A DNA stretch of 64,000 bases from Epithemia pelagica. Lineage: Eukaryota > Protista > Bacillariophyta. Made by a program: the position numbers and the translations under genes. The stretch is from positions 62,001-126,000 of the forward strand of contig OX337236.1 of the NCBI GenBank assembly GCA_946965045.2, read 5' to 3'. The notes beneath the pieces are model-generated. The model worked only from the letters and a program-made list of their open reading frames with translations. It ran no database searches and was not told the origin of the DNA. This document shows, one piece after another, positions 12,283 to 25,000 of the stretch. Each line of letters begins with the position of its first letter. Positions within the stretch are counted from its first letter, which is position 1.

Positions 12283-13535
12283 CAAGAGGAGTAACAAACA
12301 GAGAGAGTTGAAGTGGTCGATCCGCGTCGATCCATATGTGCTTGGAGGTGCAATTCGTTTGCTCCAATGTTGTGACAATGGGAGATCCATCAACGTGTGA
12401 ATGATCGTTGTGCAACTAGTACCTACTTTGGCATCCCTCCATCCTCCGTTGGAGGATGATTGTCGTCAGGAAACTGGTTGCTGCTGCTGACTCAATGACG
12501 TTGCATCCTCCTTGCCATGGAACGACAAGTCGCAAGCTCGGCAGGAGCCGTTGCACACATACACAAACAAACAACTGTGCGAATTGTCCAGGGATCCCAT
12601 CCCATTGAGGTTTTGTGGTCGTGTCCAAGGAATTTTGGTTCGAGGTGTGCGGTTTTACTTTGAGGAGTCACACTTGCGCGCAAGTGTTCGTCGCAATTCA
12701 AAAGGACTCATCCTAGCGACTTATAATACCTTGTAACCAAACGACCGCACGCCCATTTGAAAAATGCCTTGCGAGTGCCATGCGGATTCTATACCTTCTT
12801 TTGCGCGCGCATGTCTCTATAGTTAGGTTCATTGTCACCAAACCACACATGTCTAGCTTTATATATAATCCTATACTGCCATGGTATAATAGATGACGCA
12901 CAACATAATGGTTGTGTCCGTTGTGTCGCGAACTTATTTTCCTTGTACAATAGCAGAAAATATCCAAACGCCAAGCCCTCTATATATTGGGATCCTTTCG
13001 TTTTGCATTCAAATGTGTGGCTGTCGGTGCTTTGGTGCTGGAGCACACTGCGACTCTCTATATCCCCCATCAGTCCTCCATTCCCCACACCACACCTAAT
13101 GAAATGACAACATACGATACACACTGCCTTTTTCCACACACCGTGTTCATTCCACTTTTTGGTCTCGTCTCGTATGTGGGACGACCGCACCGACGTGTTT
13201 GTGTGTGTGTGTGATCCCACATCCCACAACAAAACACTTGGATCCATCCCACATTCATCAATCGGCATCCTTGGACTATAATACCATACAATACAATGAA
13301 AGGTATCGGCACTCCTCCACCCCCTGCGATTGTCCCAGTCTTCAAAGCTGGTAGCGCGGAAAAGATGCCCCATTGCGTTGTGACTTTTGGTCGTCAATCA
13401 TCATTGCAGTATCCATCTTCCACCATGCTCAATATAAGAGAGGCTAAGGGACAGCAAGCTAAGCGATGGATTTGGAAACGGATCGTGGCATTCGTACTTT
13501 CATGTGTGGCTGCCATCCTCCTGTGAGGGTGACGG

Positions 13536-16500
13536 TTAATGTGTTTCGGACAAGCCAAACTGGACTTGTACCAACGCAACGCGTGTCGGTCCATTGGTGG
13601 ACGACCCATCATCCGCACGAGTGGACGACGAGTCCATGCCCAAGAGTGGTAAGGTTTCTTGAACCTTGGTGTCAAATCCTTTCCAGGCACGAGGACGAGT
13701 AGCCTTGGTAAACTTGGTAAAGACAAGCCGTACCACATTTGTTTCGGATCCATTTTCATGGCTCGTAGTCTCATTGTTGTGGTTGTTCTTGTTGTCCATT
13801 GAAACCACTGGTACTCGCAGGTAATAGGAAAAGGATCCACGCATCAGATCCTTCATGGACGCAAGGGCCGGTGTTTCTAACAATGCATCCCATTCATCCT
13901 TCTTCTTGCCGCTTTGTTGTTGTTGTTCTTTGATCGTGCATGAATCGAGGACATGAATGGAGATGATCCACGGTCCCACCGACACTTGGACCGGCTCGCA
14001 TGGTGATGGTTGCTGTGAATCATTCATTTGTTGTTGCGGTGGCATCATTACTACTACACCGTCGTCGGGCAACTGGTACTGATCGGCTTTGCTCCAGGGA
14101 AACACGGTCGGATACAAGACATGGACGGACCCATCCTGTTCCAAATACACGCCATAGTCCTTGCGACATTGCAACCATCCTGGACGTAGTGGTTTGCTGG
14201 CTGGTTGGATGCGTTCCAAAAAGGCCAGGGTGGACTTGTCGCTAAACATGCCCAAACTGGCCGAATGCAAGGCTTGTCGAAGGACCAATTTCCAAAAAAA
14301 GGCCGGTTGGTTCGCAAAAGGTCGAGTCTGCAGTGTCAAGCCCATGGGGCTCCGGACCATGGCATCCCAAAAGGGTTGAAACAAGACCTGGTCGACCAAG
14401 GCCAGACATTCATCACTTTCGACCGCCAATTGACTCAAATTGTTGAGACAGCCTTCCCCATATACTTCTTGCAGCAAGGGAAGTAATTTGTTGCGGAGTT
14501 TTCCTCGCGTCGACCAATGCGGAGTCGTGTCCTTGAAATACTATATATACATACAAACACAATCCAACGGCAAGAAGAAGAAACTGGTGTGAGGAGGTCG
14601 CGTCCGTCTCGTGCCAACACACCCACGGACTATACGTACCGGTACACCAAAGGTATGGGCAAAGTCAAAGATGCAAGTCTTTTCCAAGGTCAAGAGCGGT
14701 CGTAATAACGTGACGCCATTGTTGGGACTGACGGCCGTCATGCCACTCAACTCCAAGGGTCCACAGCCCTTGTGAGCATTCGACAAGACATTTTCACGCA
14801 AATCGCCGCGATGATGACCCAAGACAATGCCCACCACCGCCGTTTTCGTCGTCGTCGTCGTCGTCGTCTTGTTGGTGCTAGTGGTGCGACGGACAGGGTC
14901 GTTCGTGTTTGTGTCCATAGTGTTGGGTGGTGGTGCGGCCGGATAGTCTTGCATGACTTGGTGGTACACGTCAAATCGAATCTGGCGGGAAATGGTTTCG
15001 TATTCGTCGCGGGCCGTGACACCGCGGGTCACACAGTCAATGCGACGCACCACAACTTGTGCAATGCCGGGTTGGTCTCGACACCATTGTTGGACAAAGG
15101 CGGCTTCGGCGGCCGATTCGGGACGATTGGCATAATCAATGTGAACCGCCACGACGGTCAGAACCGAATCGTAGCCATGAGCATGGACCAATTCTGACAG
15201 CACAAAGGCAATCACCATGGAATCGACACCGCCCGATAAGGAAACAACCACGACCGCTTTATTCTTGTGGTTGGTGTTGACATCGTTGTGGTTGCTTTGG
15301 TGATTGGTGGACTTTTTGTTTTTCTTGTCGTGCGGTGGTGCAATTCCTTGGTGGCGCAAAAATTCCACCATGGTGGTAACGACCACGTGCTGGGGAAGGG
15401 CCGCCAGATTGGCCTCAAAGCCCATGGTTTCCAAAATGTCCTCGTCTCGAAACACCATTGTCTTGTCCGAGGAGGAGGAGGAATCGTTGGTCGTAATAGC
15501 AGTCGTAGTAGTAGGAGTATCTGTAGTAGCATTGTCGTGGTTGGTCGATGGCTGTACTGGCACTGAATGTTGTGGTGCTTGTGCTTGTGATGGTGCTGCT
15601 TGACCCACGCGTCGGGCGGCATCTTGCAAGACGGCCAATCGTCGATGCGTGGCGGTGCGAAAGCGACGCACGAGCGTGTCGGATTGTTGCACCAGAGGCA
15701 CCAAGGTCGTTTCCAAACGCGCTTGGACGACTTGAACCGTCTCGAGACGTGCCGCATGCCGAAAGGGCAAGAGACTAAAGACAATCATGGGTGTGGGAAT
15801 CATGCCCGTTTCCAGTTCCTGCTGGTGATCGTGCAAAAAGGCTTGGGCCAATTGCAACGCCTGTTGATCCAACGTGGCTTGTGGAGGAGGAGGAAACTCG
15901 AGCGTGTTCTTGTTGTTGTGGTTGCTGCTGTTGTTGTCAGTAGTAGTATCCAAGGATTGTTGTTGTTGTTGTTGTTGTTGTTGACAATATCGATGAATGT
16001 GTCGACTGAATTGATCCAACACGACAATGGCTGCCACCTTGGCCCGATAGCCAAACAGAGGGTCGTTCCACCAACCGTGTTGTTGTTGTGGTTGTTTGGT
16101 GATGGTTTGGTGGGACGCCGACAATTGGCACAAGAGGGAGGCAAATCGGTGATATATGTCGTGATCCACTCTTGCCAATCGTTGAGGATCTTGAATCATC
16201 CACAAGTGTTTTTGATTCACGTCGGGAGGTGCTTGACCAAACCAATACAACAAGACACGCTCAATAATAGTCGCCTTGTCTTGCAACTTCAAAGAGTCCT
16301 CCACAGCAGCACCATTCTTCTTCTCCTCCCCCTCATTGGGAGAAGAGTCCTTGTGGTTGGTTTGCGGCTCTTGGGTACCCTTTTTCGTTGAGTGGTGTCC
16401 ATTCTGATGAGACGGATGAAACATCCATCCCAACGCCAGTGGAACGGCAATACTGGTGCCAATCGCCGCCACAACGGGCCACCACCTTTCAACCCAGGAC

Positions 16501-16556
16501 GAAGAGGACCCTAGTAGTTGACCATTCGAACGATCCTGCTGGAGAGACCGTTGCAT
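13536..16556 (-). CDS. tilS: DUF924-like + tRNA(Ile)-lysidine synthase (TilS, PP-loop) fusion (exons 16556-14640, 14540-13536; about 973 aa)
   Basis: DUF924-like motifs LLYWFG, VVLDQFSRHIHR, DQQAL and LLPFRHA. TilS motifs SLSGGVDS, HIDYANR, LGHHRGD..EN and LLRPLL. Splicing intron 14639-14541 (GTACGT..TATAG, 99 nt) gives GVP|YFKDTTPHWSTRGKLRNKLLP, matching the TilS D.(S/T)N/P...RN..R segment. Confidence 0.85.
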
Positions 16557-16934
16557 TGTGTCGTCCTTTTGTCGGTTAGACTCTCATGCTCCAAGAGAAA
16601 AGGTATCCTGTGGATGGAGGTCGACGGCCATTTGGTCGCACGTTAGACGCTATATGTTCGCACCAGACGCGTCACGGTGTCTCGTGTCTCATGTGGGAGC
16701 CTGCATCCATCCTGGCTGATGAATGGAAATGACAATAGATCATATCATATGAGAGAGCAACGTAATCGGGGCTTGGAGGAGCCTTATTTATGACGTTTCA
16801 GACGGAAAATGATCCTCTCTATATTAGTATTTACAAAAAAGGCTTCTACACTTCAGTGTAGTCGACTCACAAGTTTGGTCCAGTCTGGAACCCAACGAAC
16901 CACGAAGCAACAATGCACCAACCACTGTATCTAG

Positions 16935-17465
16935 CTAGTCTTCCTTCATGGCATCCGCCGATTGTTGTTTGACACCAACCGTCTTTTTTCGAGCGGCAAT
17001 CCGAGCCCGTGCCGAATCAACGACATTTCGCATGACTTGTTCGCGCGATGCCACGGCCGGTGCCAACAAGTGAATGGATTGTTCAATTTCCACGCGGGCT
17101 TGTTGTTTTTGTTCGACGGCGGCATCCTTTTGTCGGGCGTCAAAGTGTCGCACTTCCCGCGCCGATTGAATGGCCGACACGGTTTGCATGGCGTGCAGCG
17201 TTTGACCCATGAGCTCGCGATTGTACTTGACGGGACGGTTCCGACGTTTTTCAAATTCAAACGTGGCATCGACCGCCAGTTCCTTGCCGGCCGTTTTTCG
17301 ATAGGCCTTGGTCCACGCCACCTTGCGGGGATTGCGCTTTTTGTGAAAATTCTTGATGCATTTCGAACGACAAAACCGAAATCGTTTACTGTCGTTCCGG
17401 ACAAAGACCATGCCGTGGCCCGGATAACACGGACTCGAACAAAAATAACACTTTTCAATTCTCAT
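16935..17465 (-). CDS. RLP24: Ribosome biogenesis protein RLP24 (eL24 family), 176 aa
   Basis: [51 protein letters not shown] is the RLP24/RSL24D1 signature. Confidence 0.95.
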   Translation of the reverse strand: MRIEKCYFCSSPCYPGHGMVFVRNDSKRFRFCRSKCIKNFHKKRNPRKVAWTKAYRKTAGKELAVDATFEFEKRRNRPVKYNRELMGQTLHAMQTVSAIQSAREVRHFDARQKDAAVEQKQQARVEIEQSIHLLAPAVASREQVMRNVVDSARARIAARKKTVGVKQQSADAMKED

Positions 17466-17958
17466 GATGATATCTGGTCCAAGGAACGGTGACTTGTGGT
17501 TTCTGTTCTCTTTGGTGTGTTTGTGTTGGTTGGTGTGAGTGGTGGACGAGCCTCACCATCTGTCTGTCAACCGTTTTACAGCGCGATCATGTCGGATCTT
17601 TTCGGTCCTGCGCAATTCGCGATACTATACACGTTCACTCCAAAAAAGAAGATCTTTGGAGTTCAATGGCTGTCGTCGTCTGCTGTGCGTAGACTTTGCG
17701 TTCCCCGTGTGTGTCGCGACTTTCACGGTTCAATGTTCTTTCGAGAGGGGATGGACCCTACGTTCGGTAAGAATTGGTGTGGATATCGTCTTCCTGTTGC
17801 AAAATTCCGAATGGAACCACACAACAGGTTCCAGAGCGTGTCTTGGTTGCTCTAGATAGAGCGAGTCGACGACCAGGACGTATCGCCGAAGCCGGACGAA
17901 ATGGAGTCATGTTTTCCTATCCAGTCCCTGTCTAGTGATGAGAAGAATGGGAGCGGCA

Positions 17959-18039
17959 GAAATCGAGACTACTGATTGGAACGACCAATTCCGGACCACG
18001 TTCGAACAATTGGTTGTTCCAATCATTAGTCTCGATTTC
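17959..18039. repeat. Inverted repeat: 32-bp arms (30/32 complementary), 17-nt loop
   Basis: GAAATCGAGACTACTGATTGGAACGACCAATT (17959-17990) pairs with AATTGGTTGTTCCAATCATTAGTCTCGATTTC (18008-18039). Confidence 0.9.
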
Positions 18040-18496
18040 CATCCGCTCATTCGTCCACACTCGCAGTGTTTGCGTGGACTCGATGTGAAAAAAGTCGCTC
18101 ATCCAGGTAACATTGCTATACTTTGGAAACGGCCATTGCCATCCGGACTGGCTCCCAAGGGAAAACGCGAATAGAAGAATAGGACCCCCAGACAGTACCA
18201 CAGTGTTGTCCCCCTCCCAGAGAAGATACGTTCCAAACCGTTTTCTACAAATGCACCAGTCGTCCAACTCCTGTCATGTCCATCATCCATCCCGGTGGAA
18301 TACTTTTGGGTATTAGCGAGTAGAGGGACACTATATTGTTTGGTCTACGAATTGCGCGAGAGAAGTGTGGTGCACGAGAAGCAAGTCATGGCTGGAACAG
18401 AGATTCTTCAAGTCTCTTGATCCTCTTATTCGGTTCTCGGGAGCGCCATTCGTAGTCTCCAGCAAGTGTGCGGACCACGGTTTTGGACATGGCCGA

Positions 18497-18545
18497 ACGA
18501 GACAAGCGACGAGAAGACACACGAGACAAGCGACGAGAAGACACA
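18497..18545. repeat. Perfect 24-bp tandem duplication
   Basis: ACGAGACAAGCGACGAGAAGACAC occurs twice in tandem. Confidence 0.9.
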
Positions 18546-18995
18546 TATATGGTTGTACCCCTGTTTACATGATCCGGACGGCGGATATCTTTGCATCGAA
18601 ACTACACAAGATCCAGATCTGCTCCCACCAAGACCCAAGCTGTGTCCCATCTCTTGTGTCAGTGATGATGAGCTTCACGGAACGGGAGTCTCATGACGCT
18701 GCCATGGGCCGTTTCTACGACGCCTCGGCAGACTTTTGGAGGTTGCGCATCCTGTGTACGGAAAAGTTCCAATTCTCTGCAGCATCTCGAAGCAAAACGA
18801 TTAATGAAAACTTGTCTCGAACGGGCTTTGATACCACCTGAAATCTGCGTTGGAACCTCCCAGAGAAGGAGAAGAATGTTTTTTGGCGGATTCTGTTCCA
18901 TCCAACTTACCTGGACACAGTGATAAAAGATGTGTGGATGGTTGGATCTCTGATAACAGAGGAACGAAGTAAATGAGGTACAGTGTAGGGTGGGC

Positions 18996-19114
18996 TTGCC
19001 AAAAACTCACAAGAAACATGGAGTGCATTCAAGTACATTTTTGCACTGTAAGAATATATTCTTGCAATGCAAGAATGTACTTCAATGCACTCGATGTTTC
19101 TTGTGAGTTGGCAA
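18996..19114. repeat. 119-bp loopless imperfect palindrome
   Basis: Arms of 61 and 58 nt centred on AAGAATA|TATTCTT, with 53/58 matches plus a 3-nt indel. Confidence 0.9.
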
Positions 19115-19365
19115 TTTCTTTCCAGAGGTTACGGCCTTGCACTTATTTTTGAGGCTGGTGGAGATGCAAGGGGACTCCAACAAGCGCCACTGGGTCGAGA
19201 CGAACGTATACCTGACAATCGATTGGGGTGTGTTTGTGTGCCTCTCTTTCTCGAGCGAGCAACAGGGATGGATGCATCGAACGGTAGTATCCACGTATAG
19301 CCGCAGCATCCTACTACTCTACTCGGGGCCATGTCGAACTACTACCGACCGACATCTTTCTATAG

Positions 19366-21209
19366 TTAGGCAATGGTCGTCGTATTTGTGGCAGATGGTG
19401 GAATGGGTTTTCCATAGGGTTGCGCAATGGGGATATATCCCCGGTGTCCTCCACCATGACAATATCCGTGAAACATGGCCGTCTCATAGGTTCCCGATCC
19501 TTGACCCGATCGTCCCCAAGATTGTTCCAGTTCCGATCGTACTTGATACCAGGCGGCGGTCAATTGTCGACACAGTCGATCTTGCAACACGTCCCGGTCA
19601 TGCGTCAAACAGGACCAGGGTTTTTGACACAGGGTAAAATGCGTCGTGACGACATCTTGAATCGGTCGTCGTCGACAATCTTCACAGTCGTCTTTTTGAC
19701 CGGTCCGACAGGCACCCGACACGACATCATTCACGGTCCGACCCGTGCGAGGATTGTCGCACATTTGATTGTAAATGCAACGCGACAATTCCACGGATTG
19801 ACCGGGATGCAAATAATGAAAATAGTAGGGAATCAAGCCTTGAAAGGTCATGCTCCCATAAAAGGGCCTTTCGATACATATATAAATGTCAGTAGTGATT
19901 GCATTGGGCAATGACAAGGATTGCAACCAAAGCAACACAAAAAAACAGAGAACGAGAGATCGAGAGAGAGAGAAAAAGTGAGAGAGAAAAAGAGAGACAT
20001 GAGCACACCAAAAGGATTCCACAATATACGTGAGAGAGGTCGATGCCGTCCCATTTCTGCCAAGACTGTCAGTCTCGTCCGTCCGACGGAGATGCTTCAA
20101 GGATTGCTGCTATTCGTTGGCGATTTGAATTGCAATTTTGTATTGCAATTGTCGTCAAATTGTAGTACGTACCCGACTTGTCCACCCCATCCCTCTCGTT
20201 CTCGAAAATCTCCTTGTCGGACAATGTCTCGAAATTCTTCATAGACGGTTTGATTAGGACGCAACACCAAAAATCCACCCTGCACCGGCTTGTACTTCAA
20301 ATCCGGTCCCACCATGTTGTAATCCATGGTAAACATGGCTTGAATGGGTTGTGTCGGCCAGGGCCGGTCCGGCCACATGACGGCGTCACTTTTGGGTGGT
20401 TGCTGTTGTGGTGCCAAGATCATCCAATCCAAAATTTCATCCAGTGGTTTCAAGACCAGGACATCCAAATCCAAATGCACCACAATGGGATACTCCGTCA
20501 AGCAAAAGGCTTCCAATTTGATGAGTTCCTTTTCGCCACAACAGCCATTTTGGGCAATGTGTGTCCGCAAAAATTCGCCCTGAATATCCTCCACACGCAC
20601 AAAGACGTTGCGTTCCATCAAGGTATAGCCCAACTCGGCCAAGGGTGCCGTACAGGACCAGGCCGATGGATGATAGAGGGCAATCATGTCATAATCGTAT
20701 CGGCCTCCCAAGGTCCCATGAAGACTAGCCCGATGAATGGAATGTTTCAACACGGCTGCTCCTTCGGTAATGGGATCACTCCCACAACCTGTTACCGTCA
20801 CGGCAAAGGCCACCTTGGTGGGCTTGTTCTTGGAATCTGGATCCTTGTGTTGACGTTCTTGTCGTGAGAAGGGTGGTTTGTGGTTGTTCTTGTTGTTGTT
20901 GTGGACCAGCAGTGTGCCTTTGAGCCCTCCCGATGAAGTTCCCACAAAGACGGAGGAATAGGAATACCAGACCAATCCCAAATACAGAGTCGTGAATGTT
21001 ACCACCAAGCCCAGGACCAGTCGACTCAGCGACACTACGGTTCGAGGACCACCAGCCCCCCGACGTTGCAGGATGCGTCCACGGTGTTGTTGTTGTGGTT
21101 GTTTCATGGTCTGGAACATGGCGGCTGCCCCCGTTCCACTTGCACTATTAGTACAACCGGTACGACGAGGACTGGAAGCGGTGCGATTGGCGGTCGTCAC
21201 TTGTACCAT
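19366..21209 (-). CDS. Type II membrane glycosyltransferase, GT8/glycogenin-like (exons 21209-20173, 19867-19366; about 512 aa)
   Basis: N-terminal TM segment (LVLGLVVTFTTLYLGLVWY), ELIKLEAF..TEYPIVVHLDLD (DxD motif), QGGFLVLRPN, QGLIPYYF and HFTLCQKPW. Intron 20172-19868 (GTACGT..AAAG, 305 nt, phase 2). The start codon is inferred. Confidence 0.85.
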
Positions 21210-21974
21210 GGTCGAATGTCGACAAAAACCAAAATTCGGAGAAAGGGCAGACATGTGACCCCGCGTCTCATGAGCGACCCTTACATAATTGGCGTGTATA
21301 GGTCGCGTTAAGATCGCTGCTTTCGGGGAGCAGCTGGTGGGCCCTGGGACACCTACGAATATTGTTCCCAGTGGCCAAAATGACTGTTTCCTATTAAAAG
21401 GATAAGGATTTGAGAGCATTGAGTTTTCCCAATAAGTGGTGATTAAATGTTTCTGAAGATGCGAACCACACACTCTATTATTTATTGCCATTAGAAACAA
21501 GGACATGAATTAGAGTCCTCTACGACACAGGAGTAAACAATATATTTAATGACTTTTCTAGAAACACGAGTGGAAGCATATCGCCGAAACTGGAAGCGTG
21601 ACTGGAAACAACGGAAACAACGTAAACAACTGGTATCACGACTGGAAACATCTTAAGTAAGTTTTGCAAGACCAAAATTTAATATTCTTCATAACAGTAA
21701 GTCCGTTAAGGTGGCAGAATAAACGCTTACTTTCTAGTTACTATCAGGAACCATAATAAGTATTTTTCTTGTTGATATGGCCCGCTCCGTATTAGGCGAT
21801 GTTTGGAAGTAGAGCTCTTAATACTTATTGGGCTACACGTGCAACTGGCCATCGGTAACAATTTCCGTAGGTGTCCCTGCCAGCGCGCAACATCGCGCAC
21901 ATCTTTTCGATTCTTGGAAATTGAAAAAAGATACAAGACACAAAACGAACGAAGAGGGAGCGAGAGAGACGAAG

Positions 21975-22017
<43 letters not shown>
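21975..22017. repeat. (ACA)~14 microsatellite upstream of the sterol glucosyltransferase start
   Basis: Direct reading of the sequence. Confidence 0.9.
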
Positions 22018-22095
22018 GAGACAGCGACTGTAAACTCTTTCTATTCCAAAAGAGTCCTCTTCTGTCGAATTCAAAGACTGCAAACTGTGGGAACC

Positions 22096-25000
22096 ATGAC
22101 CAGTGACAACGACAACAACGACAACAACGACAACAACAAGCCTGAAAACGAGGAGGAGGAAGAGGAATCTCCAGTGGTAACCGCAACAGCCGTCGTATCG
22201 ACCAACGACAACCACGACAACGACCATGGCAGTCCGGATATCGAAGTAGGAATGCTGAGTGAACCGAATCCTCCGGCAGCTGAGGAGGAGGAGGAGGAGA
22301 CGGAACGAGACGACGAGGATGATATGGACTTGCCCATTCCGAAATTGAACATTTGCATCATGGTGGTGGGAACGCACGGCGACGTCTTGCCCTTTTGTGG
22401 ACTGGCCAAGGAATTGCAAGCCTTGGGTCATCGGGTGCGCATTGCCACACATGCGACGCATCGCGTCTTGGTCGTGTCCAAAGAAATTGAATATTATCCC
22501 ATGGCCGGCGATCCCAAAGTCTTGTCCAGTTGGATGGTTGAAACGGGGGGATCCGTCTGGGGCGAAGCCATGCATCCCAAACTCATTCCGGAAAAATCCA
22601 AAATGGTCATGGAAATTATGCGCTCGACGTGGCCGGCTGCCACCCAACCCGATCCCGACAATCCCGAAGCCCATCCCTTTTTGGCCGATGCCATTATTTC
22701 CAATCCACCCGGCATTGGACATGTCCATGTCGCCGAAGCACTCGGGGTGCCCTGTCATATCATGTTTCCGCAACCCTGGTATTACGGTATGTGTCATACA
22801 ATATGCTATGTGGATGAGATGGATTGTTGTTGTTGTTGCGGGTTTGGTCTCATTTGTGTTCTCCTTCATCTTGTCGTCGCATTCCAATGGATTGTTGTTT
22901 GTCTCTCCTTGACTTGGTTTGGCGGTGATGGTGCAAAACATTTTGTCTCTCTTTCTTGTCTCTTTTTCTCAATCCATATACACCTATATATTCTATTATA
23001 TATACTTTACAGGCACCAAAAACTTTCCCCATCCCATGGCGGGTTTGGAATATGTGCAAGGTCGTCGTTTAAATGTGCAATCCTATTCCGTCTTTGAAAC
23101 CTTGGTGTGGACCAATTTCAATGGCGAAATCAACAAGTGGCGGAGTCGAACGCTCAAAATTCCCACTCTGTATACCTATGCCAATTCTCCCAATTTGGTC
23201 GTGGCGGCCCAATTGCCCTTTTCCGCCATGTGGTCGCCGGCCTTTGTGCCCAAACCCGACGATTGGCCGCATCAATGTCAAGTCGTGGGAACCTTTGTCT
23301 TGGATCAAAAGAAAACACTCGATGTCTCGCCCTTTCGATCCATTGCGGAATGGTTGCAACAATCTCAAGACGAGGGTCAAAAACCAATCTTTATTGGCTT
23401 TGGATCCATGGTCATTCAAGATACGAGTAAATTGGAACGCATGATTCAAGGAGCGGCCCATGCCACGAATCGACGCGTCATTGTGCAAAGCAGTTGGTCC
23501 AAATTGGACGTGGAAGATGGATCCGACTTGTTGCGGAATATTGGACCCTGTCCCCACGATTGGTTGTTGCCCCAATGTTGTGCCGTCATTCATCATGGTG
23601 GTGCCGGCACGACGGCGGCCGGGTTGCGCTTTGGCTTGCCCACCTTGGTCTGTCCCTTTTTTGCCGATCAATTCATGTGGGGATTCTTTGTCGAATTGGC
23701 CGGTGTCGGCCCCAAGGCCGTGCCCGTCAATAAATTGACTCAAGACGTATTGGCACAAAAATTCCAGGCCCTGACCAGTGCCGATTTGCAACGGGCCGCC
23801 ACGGAGTTGGCGGAAGCCATGGCACACGAAAATGGCATTGCCGGTGGCTTGCAACATTGGCAAGATTCCTTGTGGACGGAAAATATGATGTGCGATGTCA
23901 GTTTGTTTTTGGGAGAATCGCACATGGCCCGTTATACCCTGACGGCCCTGCATCATGGCCTCAAGGTGAGTTCCGAAGTGGCGGCTCTCTTGCGGACGCA
24001 AAGTACCTGGTCCAATGTGCGGGGATTAACCTCCTTTGCCGGACTCCGGGAAACCGTCTTGAATCCTGGTGGCATGGTTCGACATGGCATTACCTCGTAC
24101 AACTTGTCGGGACATGTCAAGAGTTTACATGTAAGTATTTTATAAGTAGTGCAGGAGCAACCGCCCGTATCAGTCGAGGGAGCGTTGGGATGGATTGGAT
24201 CGTCTCTGGGACGTTGTGTGTGTTGGATGTCGCTGGCAAACACTCTCATGAATTGTTGTCGGACAAATGGATTTCTGGTTGATTTTGCTCCCTCTTTGGT
24301 TCGTGTCCTCGTCTCGGTTGTCCTACCATACAGCATGGTGTGTTTATGGCCGTTGCCGGTCTCTTTTGGGGTGCCTTAAATGCGAGTTTGCAATTTTATT
24401 ATCAATCGGATCGGTTTGCCCGTTCCGGTGGCGCCTTGGGTTGTTTGTTTGGCTTGATTGTCTCGGCCTTTTTTGTCGTGGCCGAAGCCATCAAGGCCGT
24501 CTTGGTCTTTTTGGATCGCTTGGCGGTGGGCATTGCCAATGGCATTTTTCGGCGCGATTACGATTACTTGATTGATCCCAGTTGGAAGGCCCAAGTGTAC
24601 AAACACTCCATTATTGAAGCCGAAGTCGAACAACACATGCGACAGGGCATTCCCAAGGCACGACGTCGAGAATTGCTCAAGGCCTTTGATATTGTCGCCA
24701 ATGCCCGAATCGTGTTTGATAGTACCCATCCCCGAAATCCCGCCAATCACAAACATTATACCGTGGCCAAATTGACCAAACTCAAAGCCGCCCTGTACGT
24801 ATTACACGTGTCGAAGTGCTGCTGCTGCTGCTGTTGGAAGCAACCTTCGTATGTTTGGAAAACGTCTCACAGAGTCTGTTTTGATCTTACCGTTTGTACT
24901 GCCTTGTTTCGTCTCTCGTGTGTCGCTTGTTGTGGCTCTGCTATACTGCTACGAATATATAGATTGGAACCCAAGCATTTGATGCGCATGCACATGACGA

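Noticed and set aside
24131-24154. 24-nt intron GTAAGT..GCAG in the sterol glucosyltransferase
   Set aside because: Too short, and it leads to an early stop. The acceptor at 24333 restores the long frame.
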